Shown here: positions 60,711 through 64,000 of the stretch, piece after piece
Layout: each line of letters starts with the position of its first letter
How positions within the stretch are numbered: the first letter of the stretch is position 1
Source: Alphaproteobacteria bacterium
GTDB taxonomy: Bacteria; Pseudomonadota; Alphaproteobacteria; Bin95
Assembly (NCBI GenBank): GCA_963665325.3
Contig: CAXXWS020000002.1
Coordinates: 256,001 to 320,000 of the forward strand
DNA length: 64,000 bases
Direction: 5' to 3'
The notes under the pieces: model-generated
Seen by the model: only the letters and a program-made list of their open reading frames with translations
Database searches by the model: none
What the model was told of the DNA's origin: nothing
Program-made: the position numbers and the translations under genes

Positions 60711-62026
60711 GCGCGGAGACGCCGCTGCAGGCCGCGTCGGTTCCCTTCCGGGAAGCGTTCGCGGCCTGGACGCGGATCGGGTTCGCCAGTTTCGGCGGGC
60801 CGGCGGCGCAGATCGCGCTCATGCACCGCGTGACGGTGGAAGAGAAGCGCTGGCTCGACGAGCCGCGTTTCCTCCATGCGCTCAATTTCTGCATGCTGCT
60901 GCCGGGGCCGGAGGCGCAGCAGCTTGCCACCTATGTCGGCTGGCTGCTGCATGGCATCCGCGGTGGCTTGGCGGCGGGCATTCTGTTCATCCTGCCGGGT
61001 GCGGTCGTCATGGCGGCGCTGGCGGCGGTCTATGCGCTTTACGGGCGCTTGCCGGCGGTCGAGGCGGCATTCCTCGGCGTGAAGGCGGCGGTGCTGGCCT
61101 TGGTGGTCGAGGCGCTACTCCGGATCGGCGCGCGGGCGCTCAAGGACGGCTTCGCCTGGGCGCTCGCCTGCGGGGCGTTCGCCGCACTCTTCCTGTTCGA
61201 CGTGCCCTTTCCGGCGGTGATCGCCGCGGCGGCGTTGACGGGCGGCGCGACGGCGTTCCTCCGCAAAGGGACCGTAACCGGGGAGGAAGCGGCCCCGGCC
61301 CGCTCGCGAGCCGCGCCCCGCACAGGCAGGCTGGCGCTCGTCCTGCTCGCCGCCTGGCTGCTGCCGACCGCAATCCTGCTCCTCTGGCTCGGCGGCGGGC
61401 ATGTCTTCTCCGGCATCGCGGTCTTCTTCTCGAAGATGGCGGTGCTGACCTTCGGCGGGGCCTATGCGGTGCTCTCCTGGGTGGCGCAGGAGGCCGTGGC
61501 CGCGAGGGGCTGGCTTGCGCCGGGCGAGATGCTGGATGCGCTCGGGCTCGCCGAGACGACGCCGGGGCCGCTCATCCTGGTGGTGGAGTTCGTCGGCTTC
61601 CTGGCGGCCTGGCGCGAGTCCGGCGGGCTCGACCCCTTGGTCGCGGGGCTGCTCGGCGCGGCGCTCACGCTCTGGGTCACATTCGCACCCTGCTTCCTGT
61701 TCATCTTCGCCGGCGCCCCGCATGTCGAACGGCTGCGCGGCCGGCCCGGATTGCAGGCCGCGCTTGCCGGCGTGACGGCGGCCGTGGTGGGCGTGATCGC
61801 CAACCTCTCCGCCTGGTTCGCGCTCAACGTGCTGTTCGCCGACGGCGCGCGGGCTGTGACGGGCCCGGTCTCCGTCTATCTGCCGGACCCGGCAAGCCTT
61901 GACTTCAAGGCGCTCGCGCTCGCCGCGCTGGCCGCTGCCGCGCTGTTCGTGCTGCGGCTCGGCGCGTTCCGCACGCTCGCCGCCGCCGCGCTCGCCGGCC
62001 TCGCGCTGTTCGCGGCGGGACTGTGA
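60707..62026 (+). CDS. chrA: Chromate efflux transporter (long-chain CHR family)
   Basis: SFGGPAAQIALMH, LPGPEAQQLATYVGW, TFGGAYAVL, ETTPGP; conserved N-terminus lies upstream of ATG 60821, best start is CTG 60707 overlapping the upstream TGA. Confidence 0.93.
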   Translation: MSAETPLQAASVPFREAFAAWTRIGFASFGGPAAQIALMHRVTVEEKRWLDEPRFLHALNFCMLLPGPEAQQLATYVGWLLHGIRGGLAAGILFILPGAVVMAALAAVYALYGRLPAVEAAFLGVKAAVLALVVEALLRIGARALKDGFAWALACGAFAALFLFDVPFPAVIAAAALTGGATAFLRKGTVTGEEAAPARSRAAPRTGRLALVLLAAWLLPTAILLLWLGGGHVFSGIAVFFSKMAVLTFGGAYAVLSWVAQEAVAARGWLAPGEMLDALGLAETTPGPLILVVEFVGFLAAWRESGGLDPLVAGLLGAALTLWVTFAPCFLFIFAGAPHVERLRGRPGLQAALAGVTAAVVGVIANLSAWFALNVLFADGARAVTGPVSVYLPDPASLDFKALALAALAAAALFVLRLGAFRTLAAAALAGLALFAAGL

Positions 62027-62911
62027 TCAGCGGGCCTGCCGGGCGGCGATTGCCTCGGCGATGCGGAGCACGGCCTTGGCGCGTTCGGCGACCGGCACGT
62101 CCACCATCTTGCCGTCCACGGTTATCGCGCCTTCGCCGCGCGCCAGCGCCTCGTCATAAGCCTCGACCACACGCCGGGCCTCATCGACCTCGGCCTCGGT
62201 CGGGCCGAACTCCTCATTGCAGACGCGGACCTGGTTCGGGTGGATGCACGACGCGCCGCAGAGGCCCATCTTCTTCGACCGGCGGATGATGCGCCGGAAG
62301 CCCTCGATGTCGCGGAACTCGGCGATGGAGCCGACGAAACCCATCGGCAGGATGCCGGCCTCCCGGGCGCAGGCGACCACCTGCTGCTTCAGGCCGTAAA
62401 GCGTCTCCTCGTCGGCGGTCATGCCCATGGAGAGGCCGAAATCCTCCGAGCCGAGCGACAGCGAGACGCTGCGCGGGTCGGCATGCGCGATCTCGCGGAG
62501 GTTGAGATAGCCTTTCGCCGTCTCGACGGCGATGCAGAGCCGGATCTGGCCAGCCGGGATGCCGCGCTCGGCCTCCAGCTCGGCGACCGTCTGGCTGAGC
62601 GCGATCACATGCTCGGCGCTGTCCACCATCGGGCAGAGCAGGCCGGTCAGCTCGGGGATGACGATGGCCTCGAGGTCGCGCACAGCAAGGCGCCAGGGCC
62701 GGTTGACGCGCACCAGCGTGTCGATGCCCTGCGCCGCGAAGCCGCGCACGATGTCGGGCGCCGCGGCGCGGGCGGCCTCCTTGGCATTGGCCGCGACCGA
62801 GTCCTCCAGGTCGAGGATCAGCCCGTCGGCGCCGACGCCTGGGCCCTTCTCGATGAACTTTTGCGCCGTCGCCGGGACGAACAGCAGCGAGCGCCAGACA
62901 GGCAGGCTCAT
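62027..62911 (-). CDS. HpcH/HpaI aldolase/citrate lyase family CoA-ester lyase (CitE-like)
   Basis: RSLLFVPA, ILDLEDSV, VRVN, ETAKG, GSEDF, CIHPNQ, GKMVDVPV. Confidence 0.93.
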   Translation of the reverse strand: MSLPVWRSLLFVPATAQKFIEKGPGVGADGLILDLEDSVAANAKEAARAAAPDIVRGFAAQGIDTLVRVNRPWRLAVRDLEAIVIPELTGLLCPMVDSAEHVIALSQTVAELEAERGIPAGQIRLCIAVETAKGYLNLREIAHADPRSVSLSLGSEDFGLSMGMTADEETLYGLKQQVVACAREAGILPMGFVGSIAEFRDIEGFRRIIRRSKKMGLCGASCIHPNQVRVCNEEFGPTEAEVDEARRVVEAYDEALARGEGAITVDGKMVDVPVAERAKAVLRIAEAIAARQAR

Positions 62912-63999
62912 ATCGTGCCCTCCTCCTTGAGCCGGTCGAGGTCCAGACCGAGACCTCCCAGGATTTCCTCGTTATGCGCGCCGATTTCCGGCGCGGGCGT
63001 GCGGATGGCGCCCGGCGTGCCCGAAAGGCGCGGGATGACATTGTGCATGGGCAGGCGTCCGAGCTCGTCATCCGGCAGGTTGACGATCACGCCGCGCTCC
63101 TGCGCATGGCGGTCTTCCTTGAGTTGCGCGGCGGAATAGATCGGCCCCGCCGTCACGCCCTCGCGCTCGAAGATCTCCATCGCTTCGGCGAGCGTGCGCT
63201 CGGCGATGAAACCGCCGACGATGGCATCGACCTCCTCGCGGTTTGCCGAACGCGCGGCTTGCGTGTTGTAGCGGGGGTCGTCGCACATGTCGGCGCGGCC
63301 GATGGTGCGGAAGATGCGCATCGCCATGGACTGCATGGAGCCGCTCATGGCGATCCACTCGCCGTCCTTCGTCCGGTAGGCGTTGCGCGGCGAGGTGGTG
63401 TTGGAGGCGTTGCCGAGCCGTGCCGGCGCCGTGCCGGTCGCGCTGTGGATCGCGGCGTCGGGCCCGAGGATCGAAACCACCGGCTCCAGCAGCGAAAGGT
63501 CGATCACCTGGCCTTCGCCGCCCTTCAGCTCGACCTCCCTGAGCGCCACCATGACGCCGAAGGCGCCGTAAAGCCCCGCCACCATGTCAGCGAGTGCCAG
63601 CGGCGGCAGGGCGGGCGGCTTGTCGGGAAAGCCGTTCTTGTAGGCGAAGCCCGACATTGCCTCGACCAGCGTGCCGAAGCCCGGCTTGTGGGCGTAGGGG
63701 CCGGTCTGGCCGTAGCCGCTGACGCGCGCGACGATCAGCTTCGGGTTGCGCGCGAGCATGATGTCGGGCCCGAGCCCCATTCGTTCCAGCGCACCGGCCT
63801 TGAAATTCTCGATGAGGACCTGCGCCGTCGGCAGGAGGTCGAGCAGGACCGCGCGCCCCTTCTCGCTGCGCAGGTTCAGCGAGATGCTCTTCTTGTTGCG
63901 GGCATACACCTTCCAGCTGCAAGAGACCCCGGCGGCGGCCCAGTGGCGGAGCGCATCGCCCTCATCCGGGTCCTCGACCTTCACGACCTCCGCGCCGTG
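62908..63999 (-). CDS. CaiB/BaiF family III CoA-transferase (5'-truncated by window edge)
   Basis: GAEVVKVE..GD..R, RNKKSISLNL, ENFKAG, SGYGQTGPY, catalytic Asp (LADMVAG), APEIGAHN. Confidence 0.95.
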   Translation of the reverse strand, partial: HGAEVVKVEDPDEGDALRHWAAAGVSCSWKVYARNKKSISLNLRSEKGRAVLLDLLPTAQVLIENFKAGALERMGLGPDIMLARNPKLIVARVSGYGQTGPYAHKPGFGTLVEAMSGFAYKNGFPDKPPALPPLALADMVAGLYGAFGVMVALREVELKGGEGQVIDLSLLEPVVSILGPDAAIHSATGTAPARLGNASNTTSPRNAYRTKDGEWIAMSGSMQSMAMRIFRTIGRADMCDDPRYNTQAARSANREEVDAIVGGFIAERTLAEAMEIFEREGVTAGPIYSAAQLKEDRHAQERGVIVNLPDDELGRLPMHNVIPRLSGTPGAIRTPAPEIGAHNEEILGGLGLDLDRLKEEGTI

Positions 64000-64000
64000 G

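Overview
High-GC alphaproteobacterial (Rhodospirillales-like) chromosomal segment that is mostly core housekeeping. It carries murJ-glnD, tRNA-Ala(CGC), yggT-folD, the trpG-trpD-trpC-moaC-moeA-lexA-comEC-gltX-gltA block, ilvB-ilvN-ilvC, miaA/serB, a complete dcw cluster (mraZ to ftsZ), RNase P RNA, an ABC-F ATPase and a TRAP transporter. Catabolic oxidoreductases (two luciferase-like enzymes) and one IS630 element are interspersed. The main discovery is missed by the ORF track. At 59958-60710 a glutaredoxin/NrdH-like domain has an in-frame TGA at the first Cys position of its CxxC motif (W-R-P-G-[TGA]-T-S-C). It is followed by a candidate bacterial SECIS hairpin and fused to a DinB-like His-triad domain, so it is a probable selenoprotein. 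Its stop codon overlaps the apparent non-canonical CTG start of a chromate-efflux (ChrA) gene, suggesting an oxyanion/thiol detoxification operon whose translation may depend on selenium. Other notable points: a +1 recoding A8 site in the IS630 transposase, AAAGTGG-type MraZ operator repeats, LexA boxes, divergent genes sharing one CATG, and the absence of lpxC/lpxB from their usual positions. All calls come from reading motifs by eye; no searches were run.
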